A DNA stretch of 64,000 nucleotides from Podarcis liolepis. Lineage: Eukaryota. Where the stretch lies: assembly GCA_965112155.1 (NCBI GenBank), contig OZ218107.1. One strand, given 5' to 3'. This document shows, one piece after another, positions 24,958 through 37,348 of this stretch. Numbering within the stretch: position 1 is the stretch's first letter; every line of letters begins with the position of its first letter. Below the pieces are notes generated by a model, which did no database searches, was not told the origin of the DNA, and was given only the letters and a program-made list of their open reading frames with translations. A program made the position numbers and the translations under genes.

Positions 24958-26050
24958 ATTAAAGTGGATCCTGCCTGGTAACCCAGTGGAGGTGATTCCC
25001 CGAGTTCTGTTCCACTGTGGCACCATTGGAGAATTAGTGACTACAGGATTAGCAGACATTGCATATGACATGGTAGTAAGCATGCTATGTTAGTCTATTA
25101 TGAAGTACAACTAACTATATAACTGTTTAATTCTATGCAACTCATTTAAGAGTATGCCCCATTCAATTCAGTGTGACATTTCCAGATAAGTAGGCATGTT
25201 TATGAATTCTACTTCTCAGATAGCCACATCTAAAAGGCTAGCAAACATCTCAAAAGTGACAGTAATTCTACAGATTGATGGAAAACCATAAAGACACGCA
25301 GAAATATAACTTTCTATTTTCATATTGTTTTGGTAATTCTTGAATTTCTTTCCTGCAGTTTCTTTCTGTGGAACATTGCAGTTCAGCTGTTTTGATGGCA
25401 TTAAAATCCATAAGATAAATATCCTTCCCCTTATATGTTGGTAGGTACAGTCTGGGGTGGACCCTGGTAATATGGTGCCCTGTGTAAGGCCAAAGTTTGA
25501 TGCCCTCCCGGCCCTTGTAGCAGCTTCCCAAATTGGCTAAGTGAGGCACCGGACTTTGGGATGAAGGCACAAGGCTGGGTCCTGGAGCCCTACTTCACAG
25601 AGTTGGGCAAGCACTAACTAGGCTTTTGGAGGGATCCTCTCAAAGCCCTCGTGCCTCTTTCCTGAAGCAAGCACTTACTTAGGCTTTGGAGAGGAAGCGG
25701 GAAGGCGCCCCCTCGGCTTGGCGCCCTGTGCAGGGGAACCAGTCTTGCCACCCTAAATCTGTCTCTGGTACAGTATGCATAACAGGGAAGGTTTCAAAAA
25801 GGGGTTTCAAAAGGGTTCTCTGAATTTTCTTCATCAGAGAAAGCAGGAAAGAGGAAAACAAACAGTGAAAATATTTTTACAGAGTAAAAATGTTTCATAT
25901 ATCACAGCACCATCTTACCTGTTAAGTCAACACAACACATACATAAATGGACACCCATGCAGGTTCCTTTAAAACATTTTACTTGATACAATAGGAGAAT
26001 AAGTTGCAAAAGGAAAACAAGCACATAAAATCATTATTAAGATGCAGATC

Positions 26051-26095
<45 letters not shown>
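26051..26095. repeat. (AAT)n microsatellite
   Basis: Seen directly. Confidence 0.95.
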
Positions 26096-27195
26096 TGTTA
26101 TAGCTATCTTCAAAGGCTAATAATCATTCATTCATCACTCTGATGAACATAGGCTTTTATCACAAAGAGGCACCCATCAGGAACTGCAATGGTACAACCT
26201 GTGCCATCCCAGAGATGACCAAGTAAAGAAGGATTTTATAGCTGAAGTGCATGGTAGGTTGCGTTCGTTACTTTATTAATTATTTGTATTATTTTTTTAC
26301 CCACCCTTCACCTCGGGCAGGTTACAGCAATGTAATAAACAATAATAAACACAGATAAGCAGTAAAAATCATAAAACAGTTTCTGTCACAAAAGAACAGC
26401 AGAAATTCAGCATAAGAGGTGGGTTTCATAAAATGGAAACTTTAGCTGTTAAAAGGTAAGGTAAAGTGATTCCTCTTCAGCACCTCTGTGTGTTCTATGT
26501 GGTTAATTCACAACATGTTCTCAAACGTTATTCAGCATGCAAAACCATTTGAGGAATGAAATGCCATGCATTTCTTTCCCCCTGGAAACAATGCTGAAAA
26601 ACCTGTCAGGGGAAAGATCAGGGTTTTTTATTTTTAAGATTGTGCTAATCCACCCCCACAATGGTTCATCAACCAGCTTCTGGAACTGAAATCAACTTCC
26701 TGCTTTCTGTGGCAGCACATATTTACTGCTGATTGATCTAGAAAAGAAGGAAGCTCCCAGTTTGCATCTGTAAAACAAAATATAGAATCGCCCTACTTTG
26801 AGCCTGTGTAAGTTCTAGGTACTCAAAAATAGGAACCTTCCTTGACGAACTTGCAAAACAGATGCCTTTTAGTAATGCAACAGATATGCAAAATTAAAGG
26901 AAGTTGCAGCAAAACACAATTGGATATTATTCCTTCAAGAAAGAGGACTTAATTCTGACTGATTTCTTGAAAATGTCTGAAGACTAATCTTTGCTTCCCC
27001 CAAAATAACAGTTTACATGATGATGCAACACATTGTTACCAGTCAGTTAGCACTTTCAGGAACCATGCTCCACTCTGCAGAGATGCATTCAGAGCAAAAT
27101 CAAACATGAATCTGTTCATGCTCTGGGCACAGAGAGAAATTTATGGAGAACTGTGATTTTGGAAACGCTTCTCTTGGAGTAATCTAACAAAGCCG

Positions 27196-27485
27196 GTAAA
27201 GTCCAGCTCCAACGACCTTCTGCTGGTTCCCTCATTGCAAGAAGTAAAGTTACAGGGAACTAGGCAGAGGGCCTTCTCAGTAGCGGCACCCACCTTGTGT
27301 AATGCCCTTCAATCAGATTTTGAACAAATAATCAATTGTATGACTTTTAGAAGACAGCTGAAGGCAGCCCTGTATGTGGATTTTTTTTAAAGTTTGATGT
27401 TTTATTGTGTTTTTATATTTTGCTGGAAGCCACTTAGAGTGTCTGTGGCAACCCAGCCAGATGAGCGGCATATGGAATTATTTAT
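27196..27485 (+). mobile_element. L2-like LINE 3' fragment
   Basis: cagagggccttctc...aatgccct...gcagccctg...ccagccagatg plus a TTA-rich tail; near-duplicate at 27705-27975. Confidence 0.65.
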
Positions 27486-27704
27486 TTACTATAACTATTA
27501 TTCTTTTCAGGAAAACAAAGAATTGTCATCTTTGCCAATGTGGTTCCCCCCACCCCAGTACATAATCTGATTATTGTATTATGAACAGGGGAAATACCCC
27601 TGTATGATGGTAAGAACAGGAAGAAATGGGGAGTTCTAAAATTTTTGGATGATGAAATGCTAACATCCAGCCTAAAAGGCTTTGGCCCAGTATGCCTACA
27701 GAAG

Positions 27705-27975
27705 CATCTCCACCCCCATCGTTCAGCCTGGACACTGAGGTCCAGCTCTGAGTAAGTTTACAGGGAATTAGGCAAAGGGTCTTCTTGGTAGTGGTGCCTG
27801 CCCTGTGGAATGCCCTCCCATCAGATATCAAGGAAATGAACAACTATCTGACTTTTAGGCAGCCCTGTTTATGGAAGTTTTTAATGTTTGATGTTTTATC
27901 GTGTTTTTAATATTCTGTTGGGAGCCGCCCAGAGTGGCTGGGGAAACCCAGCCAGATGGGCGAGGTACTACTGCT
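27705..27975 (+). mobile_element. L2-like LINE 3' fragment (second copy)
   Basis: Homologous to 27196-27485. Confidence 0.65.
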
Positions 27976-29617
27976 ACTACTAAAAATTTATTACTATTAT
28001 TACCATTGTTGTTGTTATTGTTATTGTTATCCTCTGCTTCAGTTAATAAACAACATATCTATATAGCTTTATTTTTTTTATTAACCAAGTTAAATAGCCA
28101 GTTAATTCATATAAATAGGCAAAATACCAACAATGACAACCATCTATTTAAGTAAAAACAACAACATTAATTTATGGATGTACCAGAACAAGTATGTTGT
28201 GGTTGTAAGGTGTCAAACTGCTACATAACATGTCAGCACAATATACCAAATAATTTCTGTATGAAACTGTTTTGATATTTGTAAGCATATTTTGTTGAAG
28301 TGTTTCAACAAAACAAGTAAGGATAGGTGGGAATCTCATGTAGACCACATCTTTAAGCAAACTGACCTAATCAGGACTTCCTAGACCAATCCAAGAGTGG
28401 GAATGTAATTACCCTTCAGTTTTCAAGCTTTTCTGAATTTTGCGATATAGTTCTCACTTCAAGAAAGTATCCAGATTCATAAAACAATGCAAATTTTAGG
28501 CTAACATATACTTTATATGTATATTGTGTTTCATTATGTGTTTAAGAATTTTTTTATGTGGGATTTTAAAAAATAGAGAATAATGCAGTGGAATGAATTT
28601 ATGAATATATGCTTGGGGAAAACTGACATGAGCCAGAAATAGGCTGATGTGTCCAGATTCTCTGAAATTTTGATTTGAAATTCTACGGGAAGTAATCCAA
28701 CATTATGATGTTTTAATCCATGATGCTTTAATACAACATCACAGTTCTATACTACTCTTTAGATAGTAACACTGATTACCATTTCTCCAATTATTGTTTA
28801 TATTTCACTTTCTTATGCTAATAACAACAGCCATCTTAACTTACAGCTAATAAGTTCTATAACCTGTGAACCAAACAGCGCATTTAACAGGTCAGCCTAT
28901 GAACAGATAACATAAAACTCTCCAATAGAACAGTAGGTATTAGGAACCGAAATGGTCATGAAACTATCCTCTCTGTGTGTTTATTAAGGCCACACATATA
29001 AGGAGAAAGGAATACTGGAAATGAGTAAGCAAAAGATGGCATTCAATGAACTGACTGTACATGTCTGTGTGTCTGTGTATTTGAAAAGTGAACTTTATTT
29101 AATACCATCTTTGCTTCCACTTTATTTGCAATATACTAGCCCACTTTGCTTCTACAGGACACAGACATATAAAGCTCGGTGTGACCAATAAACACATGGC
29201 ACTAGATCTCACCAATGCTTGAATTAATTGGGGAGGGAAGCCTTTACTCCCCCCCCCCCCATTGCTAGCAGAGGCATTCTCAGAGGTTCTGAAGTAAGAG
29301 AAACCTGCAAGCTATCATTACTGCCACAAAACAGCCTTAGTGATAGAAAAATGAGCTCCTCCCTGTAGCACAAACTTGCCTCCTCCTCAGAGCCTGTCTA
29401 ATGGATTGTCATGAAAGACAGTACATACATGTATGCTTTTTGAAGCAATAAGACAGTACTATGTTAAAGAAATTGATGGATGTCCAATAAACATTCCCTC
29501 TATCAGCGCAACACTCTCCTTTAATGAATTGCATTGTTCCTTTCACTTATACAGGCTGATTTCTTTTTAAAGAAACTGAATTTAGAATTTGAAAAAATCC
29601 ATACAATTCATGCTCAT

Positions 29618-29653
29618 CTTTACCTGCACTTAGGTCAAGCGGAAGAATACCAA
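29618..29653 (-). pseudogene. NRCAM: Remnant of the NRCAM 12-aa cassette exon with non-canonical splice sites (pseudoexon)
   Basis: 36 nt encoding VGILPLDLSAGK (recalled human AGILPPDVGAGK), but flanked by ...tttaTG| and |ATgagc instead of AG and GT. Confidence 0.8.
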
Positions 29654-30178
29654 CATAAATGGAAGAAAATAAAAGGACACTACATAATTAGGTACAACAA
29701 AAGGAGCATATAGATCTATATATATACCTATCTATAGTATAAATCTACACATATATATTAAAGCACAAAGGCATGCAGTTAAAGTATTAGAAGAAGGGAA
29801 TAAGAAGTTAAACACTCACACTAAAGAGTGGTTTTAAAAACAAAGACTAATAATCATGCATTTGTTTCACCAACTATCATTTTTTTTAAAAAAACCCACA
29901 CCTTTCTTAACCACTTATCCTTTTGTCTTATAATTTATTAATGTGCAGTTAAGTTAAATCATAGGTGTGCTTGCATGTGCACACACACACTACAGCAGTT
30001 TTCCAGAATAAAGACACTTCCTTGTTCTGCCAAACTTAGGACAATTGTCGGTTGCTTGGTCCAAATAAAGGACTTGCTTGACAGCTTTTTCTTTTCTTTT
30101 CTAAGTGACCAGCATTACTTTCCTCTGTTTGCCAGTTTTTATGATACTTTTAGTCTGGCATTTTCAAAAACAGCAGTA

Positions 30179-30523
30179 CAGTGGTGCCCCGCAAGACGAA
30201 TGCCTTGCAAGACGGAAAACCCGCTAGACGAAAGGGTTTTCCGTTTTGGAGGTGCTTTGCAAAACGAATTTCCTATGGGCTTGCTTTGCAAGACGACAAT
30301 GTCTTGCGAGTTCCTGCTGGTTTTTTTCCCTCCCCCCCCCTTTATCTAAGCCGCTAAGCCGCTTATCGGCTGATCCAATCAGCAGATAAGCCGCTAAAAG
30401 CCGCTAATAGCGCTAATAGCGCTAATCCGCTAATCCGTCAATGGGCTTGCTTCGCAAGACGAAAAAACCGCTAGACGAAGAGAATCACAGAACGGATTCT
30501 TTTCGTCTTGCGAGGCACCACTG
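30179..30523. mobile_element. Tc1/mariner-like MITE, CpG-rich and probably young
   Basis: 22-bp TIR cagtggtgccccgcaagacgaa / ttcgtcttgcgaggcaccactg, TA TSD, internal gcaagacga and ccgcta repeats. Confidence 0.85.
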
Positions 30524-30698
30524 TACTTGTTTTCTGAGGGAAGGTCACTTTATAGTTTCTTTCACTTGTAACTTGCCCCTGCTTAGCATCTTACGTGTTC
30601 TGCTATGTTTGGTTTTGGCTTTATTCCCTGTTTTGGATACTATTAGATTTAGGGCAGTGATTCAGAGGAAAGTATTATACCTGCAGAACAGGCTTTAA

Positions 30699-31606
30699 TT
30701 AAGAATCCTAATGCAGCGGCCAAAACTATAAAACGGATACAAAACACAATGCATTATATTTAGGGTATAATACTGCTTAGACAGCTGCAGTATAGCGTGT
30801 TCTCCTTCATGGAGAGCACGTGTTGCGGTGGGGGCCGACAAGACACTCCAAAATTGTGGGGCGGGCCAATTGATCATTGGCCACTGTTGTGACTGGGCTT
30901 CCCTTGTTGTTGGGAAGAGGTTAATGTTGCCATTTTGTGATTGACAGCTAGAAACGTTAAAACTCCCTGCACGAAGCGTAGAGCTTCCTCTTTTCACTCC
31001 ATGCATCGGATTGCCTGTCCCCCCCTCACTATATTTAGGGTTGTTCGCATTGACCTTGCTATGCCTGTCATGGAGTCATCTGCTCTTGGGGCAGGGGCCC
31101 GGTAGGAATTTTGTCCATTTGGCTGATTGGCTGGTGCCATTTGGTTTTTGCCTACGGTGTAGCAAATCGTCACAACTTGTAAGATTGCGGTTAGGCATTG
31201 GTTTTTGGTTTGGTTGGTTGAGGGGCATGGACTGGCTGTGCCTGCCCCTCTAATGCTGCTGCTGCAAGGGTATTCCATTAAAGGAATACAGGGGCTCACT
31301 ATTGCTTTTGTCCGAACCCTGTCAAGGGGCTAGGGCCACGCAAGAGCCCCTGGTTGCATTTGGGGAGGGCTGAAGGCAGGTTCCCTGCTCCATCGCTACC
31401 CCCAAATGTATTCCCCTTTTCTGACTTTCACAGGCTTGCGAAATGTCAGTCTGTCCCCACCGGGGGCAGATAGTAGCAACCAATGCCTAAGCAACCACTC
31501 ACATTTTTTTGTATTTTAATAAAGTTGTGGCCAAATTATGCCAAAAACCTTAAACAAAAAATTCTGTGTGATGTGTGTTATTTGGGGTGGCTTGGGGACC
31601 TCGACA
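30699..31606 (+). mobile_element. Solo LTR-like repeat (left end approximate)
   Basis: Extensive similarity to 44012-44830 (ctatatttaggg...ttggctgattggctggtgccatttgg...aataaagttgtgg); AATAAA at 31518; ends ...GACA. Confidence 0.65.
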
Positions 31607-32390
31607 TGCAAACAGATGCTTTTACATGGCTTTCTGACTATTGTCTTCATGCTAATGATTCTGTGGAAGTATCTGTTCAAATATGTCCCAATCATTAAGC
31701 TATGAAAGCAAATGGCAGGCCCAAATGGCAACTTTCTGTGCACTTGGTTGAGTATTGTAGAGTATGCGTAAAAATATATATTTCAAGTAGAGATTTCTCC
31801 CCACAGGGTATATCTGTACTTGCAAAGAAAGAACGCTCACGTGGAACTGCACAATCCACAGTGGTTTAATGTAAGTCCCCATTCCATACTGGTGGGGAGG
31901 CAGCTCTGACTGAATCACTCAGGACTGCAGTAAGTATAAATGCCAAAAGTAGACAGTAAATCTTTAAAACAGTGCAATCCAGATATGACCTAAAATATTG
32001 TTTTCATTGGGCAGTGGGAAGCAAGGAAACCGTTTCATAAAATACATACAGCTGCAAGATGATCATATAGCCATTTTAGAGTGAATTTCGTGTGACCATA
32101 GCCCAACTATGGTGCCTGGAGAGCTATGTGACAATTTAAAAAGCATAGTTTAGCATGACACAATAGATATAAGTGACTATATGCATATGCAAGTCCCTTG
32201 TAAAACAATTATGCACAGCTTTTCTAGGGATAAACATTACAGCAGTTCTAAGAGCACCAAATTTTTGAAAACCAAAACCATAGAGACAATTCTCCAACTA
32301 CAGCCAGCCAAATTCACTTATTTTTAGAGAGAGCAAAATAGCACAATTATTCAAATGTAAGTGGACATTCTTTATACATACCCATCTTAC

Positions 32391-32567
32391 CTTCATCCAT
32401 AATTGTTACTGCCTCCTCTGTTATTTGACTTCCAGCTCCAACTGATGTCTGTGCGTAGAAGTAAAACTTGTATCGAGTGCTGTAATTTAAGTTGCTTAAT
32501 ATCAGGCTGGTCTCATTGGCTGGTATACTGATCTCTTCCAAGCGGCCTAATTCATGTGTGTTATTAA
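32391..32567 (-). CDS. NRCAM: NRCAM exon, FN3-4 part 2 (177 nt; an alternative donor would extend it to 32382)
   Basis: AG/GT bounded; INNTHELG...STRYKFYFYAQTSVGAGSQITEEAVTIMDE. Confidence 0.96.
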
Positions 32568-32694
32568 CTGTTGAAAGACAGCACAAATAATATAGTTAGT
32601 AGTTGTTTGGGAGCACATAACTGTTGCATCAAAAAGCATTGCACCAGATTTCACTACATATATCGAATTAGTAAACTCCCTTAATCACGTGACC

Positions 32695-32845
32695 ATGGAT
32701 GGCTCAGGTGGTTAGAGCGTGGTGCTGATAACACCAAGGTTGCAGGTTCAATCCCCATAAGGGACAGCTGCATATTCCTGCATTGCATGGCCCTGGACTA
32801 GATGATCCTCAGGGTCCCTTCCATCTCTACAATTCTAGGATTCTA
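32695..32845 (+). mobile_element. Short tRNA-head SINE with a CR1-like tail (Squam3-like)
   Basis: gctcaggtggttagagcg A box, ggttcaatccc B box, tail ggtcccttcc...attctaggattcta. Confidence 0.8.
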
Positions 32846-33367
32846 CGTAGCCATATGGCACACATGTTTTGGCACACTAAGCAGTATGCTTTTCAGCAGC
32901 CCTAGGTAAAAATTGAATTATGCAGCATTGCTCTCTGGTACTGTGGAAAGTCATGGATTTGTGTGTTATCTTCTTCATGTCTCTAAGGCTGTAGCCAAGG
33001 CAAACAGGGAGGAAAACAGAGGCTAAAATTGTTATTTAAAAAATTGGAGGGAGTCTGACAGATGCTGGAAAAGCAGAAAATGTTTGATGGGGCAAGCTGA
33101 AAGGGAATGGAGTGGGAAAGAACTTTATTATTATTTTTAAATGAAGAAGCACACCAACAGTTGTGGAGGGCTGGGCAAGGTTAACTCAGACAGACAGACC
33201 ATCCAAACATGGAAAACCTAAACCTGAAATAAGTATAGTGGAGTGCTTTGAAAAAAATAAACCAGCCATGAATCAAAACTGAAGGCTGATGGGAGGAGGT
33301 AGCGATTTTGAGCAGTGATTTTGCCTTCAACCATCAGGTGGCATTCCAAAACCACACGATGCCAGAT

Positions 33368-33370
<3 letters not shown>

Positions 33371-33418
<48 letters not shown>
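33371..33418. repeat. (GA)n microsatellite
   Basis: Seen directly. Confidence 0.95.
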
Positions 33419-33422
<4 letters not shown>

Positions 33423-33601
33423 TGCTATCATGCAACCTGCTTTCTATACGAATGGGACACCAAGAATGCAGAAGTGGAATACACTGGAAGTTTTAAAAGT
33501 TACCAGATTTGATTTAGCATTGCCCATTCCCATTTGAAGCATTTTTTATAAACTGTTCCCTACCAAATATATAAAACAATAATGAAAGTTTATACCAAGA
33601 A

Positions 33602-33633
33602 CAAACTTAGTTGGTCTCCAAGGCGCTACTGGA

Positions 33634-33682
<49 letters not shown>

Positions 33683-33722
33683 TTCGACTGCGTCAGACCA
33701 ACACGGCTACCTACCTGAATCT
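33602..33722 (+). mobile_element. Penelope-like element terminus with an internal (TTA)n expansion
   Basis: ttagttggtctccaaggcgctactgga...cagaccaacacggctacctacctgaa; related fragments at ~21321-21397 and ~20840-20900. Confidence 0.6.
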
Positions 33723-33816
33723 GTTCCCTACAAATATATATTATCAACTTAAGAAGCTGCTATTAACTATTCAGTAAGCATGTCTTTTGAGAAATGAAAA
33801 ACAACTGTTTACTCAC

Positions 33817-33939
33817 TTGGTTGAAACTTTAGTATATATCCTACCACAACACCATTTGGATGAGAAGGTGGTCCCCATTCCAAAGTGAGGGAATCCAGAT
33901 TTGGATTGGTAATCTTCAAAAAGGAGGGTGCGCTCGGAA
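33817..33939 (-). CDS. NRCAM: NRCAM exon, FN3-4 part 1 (123 nt)
   Basis: AG/GT bounded; VPSAPSFLKITNPNLDSLTLEWGPPSHPNG...LKFQP. Confidence 0.96.
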
Positions 33940-34244
33940 CTTTTAAGATGATAAAATGACACATGTTAAAGACAGTAAGTAGCAAACTTACCATCACCAC
34001 CACCATAATTAAATAAAATTCAAATACAAGCCAGTGTAAATGAGCCCTACATTTACTTCCACCTTTTACACAATGTAATACTGATTAGGCAGTGGAACAA
34101 TGTAAGACCCACATTCTAATCTGATTCATGTTTTACTCAAGAAATCCTAGTGATCACTGCTAGGATTATGATTTTCAGGAATGTAAAATGCATTTGAAAC
34201 ATTAAATGCAAATAGAGTAGCTTTATTGTTTTCTAACTGCATAC

Positions 34245-34449
34245 CTCCTTCGGGAGTTTTAAATGTTTCATCAGGGGTTGCTGGTCCTTCTCCTTTTCCA
34301 TTAACCACTCTAACATTCAATTTGTAAGTGCTATATGGCTCCAATCCTGGCAACATTCCATGCGTCTTATTTCCAGGAAAAGACAGTGCCTTTTTTTCGA
34401 CATGCTGGTTAATTCTTCCAGATAAACTTTCCACTTTCATATAGTAAAT
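34245..34449 (-). CDS. NRCAM: NRCAM exon, FN3-3 part 2 (205 nt)
   Basis: AG/GT bounded; IYYMKVESLSGRINQHVEKK...THGMLPGLEPYSTYKLNVRVVNGKGEGPA...TPEG. Confidence 0.96.
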
Positions 34450-35370
34450 CTAAAAATTAAAAATATTTTTCAAAAATATTTATCTACTGCTTCTCTGGTT
34501 TGCAACATACTATGATAAAGGTTTCTGACATGCAATTTAGGGTTCTGAGGCTCTTTTAGTGAGGCATACAAAATCCTAAACATGCTTATTTGGATTTATG
34601 CAGTCCTATGCATGTTTATTTGGACATAAAGCCCATAAGCCCCACCAACAGATCCTTTTAATCAAGTGCTTTTAAGACTGTTCATGTTCATCTGTGGTTA
34701 CAGGGTGTGATTTAATTTTTTTAGCCCAAGACAATTACAAGGCATATATGTTGCAGTAACCTTTATTTTTATTACTTTAAAAGGTTTATCAGAAACAAAT
34801 CTGAAGTTATTTAGTGGCACAGCAGGATGATAGTATTTGATAACACAGTACCTGCCAGGTTTATGCAGAACATTATTTATAAAGTGAATTGTTTTAAGTT
34901 TTATCTAATATGCTGGTATGAGAAGGTAGAATTCACAATTATTAGCAGTAGAAAAAAATAACTATTCAAGCCTGCTGATTTTTCCCCCTAATGCTAGTTG
35001 TACTAGAAAGAATAATCCCTGGTTGAGTCATGCTATATTAATTTTCAGAACCATTCACGTCACACTTTTCTGGAAGCACTTAAGGGTAAAGGATATCAGC
35101 AGTCAGGCTAAAAATCACTTTTGACAGAAATGAACTAATGGCCTTTCTTCTAGAAAGTGAAACACAATGGCTCAAGCAGTTACTTTAATCACATGGAAGC
35201 TGACAGAATAGCTATTTCAAACAAATACTGGCTGATGAAAATGAAACAGACTACTATAAAAAGAGATAAGCTTTAATATTTAGAGTTCAGAACTCATAGC
35301 TAGAAGTTCCCACCCCAAAAATATAAACAAAGAGTAAATATTATTTAAGAGGCTACAATGGTTAACTTAC

Positions 35371-35486
35371 TTTGTATCCCTGAAGATGACCTCGGACATA
35401 CTTTAACAGAACTGGATCCCATTGCACTTTTGCTAAGGTGCTGTTTACAACTTGAACCTGCAAATTGCCTGGAGCAACCATTGGTA
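35371..35486 (-). CDS. NRCAM: NRCAM exon, FN3-3 part 1 (116 nt)
   Basis: AG/GT bounded; PMVAPGNLQVQVVNSTLAKVQWDPVLLKYVRGHLQGYK. Confidence 0.96.
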
Positions 35487-35691
35487 CTGTTGGAGAAAAT
35501 TCAATAAATCTCAGGTTAGAGCAACTTACACACACTCATGACACTTTAAAGACTTCAGAAGTCTAGAAATTTGGTTGTGAATCTATATATTGCACCATAA
35601 TGTAATTACTGCCAAAGCTTCAGTGCATTGCGATAAATGTATAGCCCTCGCAGCAAGGATTATAAAAATAAAATAAAATAAATCAACTTAC

Positions 35692-35917
35692 AATCTTCCC
35701 CAGAATGTCCAATTGTTGTTGTTGGTTCTGGAGCAGGTCCCAAGTCATTTAACGCCTGCACTTTTATCTCGTAAGGAGCAAAGGTCGGTGTACCAGACAC
35801 AATATATTTGGATACATTTGCAACTGTAACAGATGTCCAATCATCATCGCCATCCTTCTGTCGCCAACTGACTTTGTACTGGAGCCCTGGACCGTTGAAC
35901 TGAAAATGCTTTAAGGG
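35692..35917 (-). CDS. NRCAM: NRCAM exon, FN3-2 part 2 (226 nt)
   Basis: AG/GT bounded; NGPGLQYKVSWRQKDGDDDWTSVTVANVSKYIVSGTPTF...GHSGED. Confidence 0.96.
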
Positions 35918-36759
35918 CTAAAATGGAAAGCGAAAAAGAAGAAGATATTTATAGTTAGCTACTGCATTTAAAGCAAATACAGAAAATAAGACAAGAATTT
36001 TATAAAACCAATGGCCTTGGTTTGAAGAATTCCACAATATGCCAGTTTAACCAGGTGCTTCCTGTGAAATGTATTAATCTTATTGCTTGCATAGTTAGAT
36101 ATTTCCAACCAAACCCTTTCAGAAATTTTGTAGTTCATGGGCAGTTTCATTGTTCCCCTTCTTATTTAATTTAGTGAAATTTTATTCGTATACAGGCAAC
36201 TCCCCACTTGTGTGTGATCTACTTGCATGCAACTGCACACATGTGCAACACCAGTAAACCGGAACTGGGGAGCACCCTGGAGAGTCCTTGTGGCTCATGA
36301 AGAGACCCTCCCAAGAGCCTGAAGAAAGCGTCCTCTCTGGGCTCTGGGGAGGGTCTCCTTGCAAGCCAGAGGTGTAGCGGGGCTATGGTGAGCTGCTCAG
36401 CTGATGCATGGGGAAGGTTTCCTGTGCAGCAGCTGAGCAGCCTAAGCAAACCTTCAGCACATGGGAAGATCCTCCCTAGAGCTCAAAGAGGACAGCTTCT
36501 TCAGGCATTGATGAGGCTCTCCTCATGAGCCAGAGGGGCAGTGGGGCTTTGTTGAGGCTGCTCAGCTGACACGTGGGTAAGCAACTGCTGCTATGCTACC
36601 CCACATGCCAGATGTTATGTGGGGAGGCTGAGCAGCCTCAACAAAGTCCCACTGCCCTACAGCTTGTGATGAGACCCTCCCTGGAGCCCAAGGAGGACAC
36701 CTTCTTTGGGTTCAAATTCTGAAAGGGTTCAAACTCTTAAAAAATGTATATATCCTTAC

Positions 36760-36830
36760 CTCCCACATGATCACCAAATTATCAGGTTCTGATCCAATCC
36801 CTTGAACCCCAGTAGGATTGTCATCCGGCT
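36760..36830 (-). CDS. NRCAM: NRCAM exon, FN3-2 part 1 (71 nt)
   Basis: AG/GT bounded; PDDNPTGVQGIGSEPDNLVIMWE. Confidence 0.95.
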
Positions 36831-36935
36831 CTAGAAGTTAAATATTTATATTTGAGTAAACTCTTTACCCATCCCAAATAATTCAGTACTATCTATGGTC
36901 TAAGCTGATAATTGTAAGTGATAGCGTTTATTTAC

Positions 36936-37133
36936 TTGCAGCTTTTGTAAAGTATTGTTCAGAGGCTTCACTTGGTTGGCTATTTCCAATGTCATTGACA
37001 GCTATTACACGAAATGAATAGTTAACATATGGTGACAGCTTTAACTGTACAGTTGTCAGGATCCCAGAGATTTCTGTCAGGTAGTTCCATATCCCTGGTT
37101 CACGCATGGCATCTTCATATTCAATGACAAACT
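36936..37133 (-). CDS. NRCAM: NRCAM exon, FN3-1 part 2 (198 nt)
   Basis: AG/GT bounded; [13 protein letters not shown]...[17 protein letters not shown]...[13 protein letters not shown]. Confidence 0.96.
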
Positions 37134-37300
37134 CTGCATATAAAATAAAAGAGGATTGCTTCAGAAACCAGAGAACTTTCTGTCATGCAACAAGCAAAAA
37201 GGAAATGTTTCAGATTATAATGAGCTGAGGACAATATCTATGTCAATATAATTTTATAAGAAATTGTCCTCTTTTAGTGTAGGAATGGCATGATAGCAAC

Positions 37301-37348
37301 ATGATGATGATGATGATGATGATTATTATTATTATTATTATTATTATA
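37301..37348. repeat. Compound (ATG)n(ATT)n microsatellite
   Basis: Seen directly. Confidence 0.9.

Noticed and set aside
30330-30440. Short ccgcta repeat array resembling CRISPR or a regulatory array
   Set aside because: It is internal to a TA-flanked MITE in a eukaryotic genome and has no spacer structure.
32695-32765. tRNA gene (also 21917 and 46021)
   Set aside because: The cloverleaf is degenerate and followed by a CR1-like tail, so these are SINE heads.
36270-36715. GC-rich block with internal inverted repeats and short ORFs
   Set aside because: It looks like an unclassified intronic repeat with no protein similarity, and I could not define its ends.
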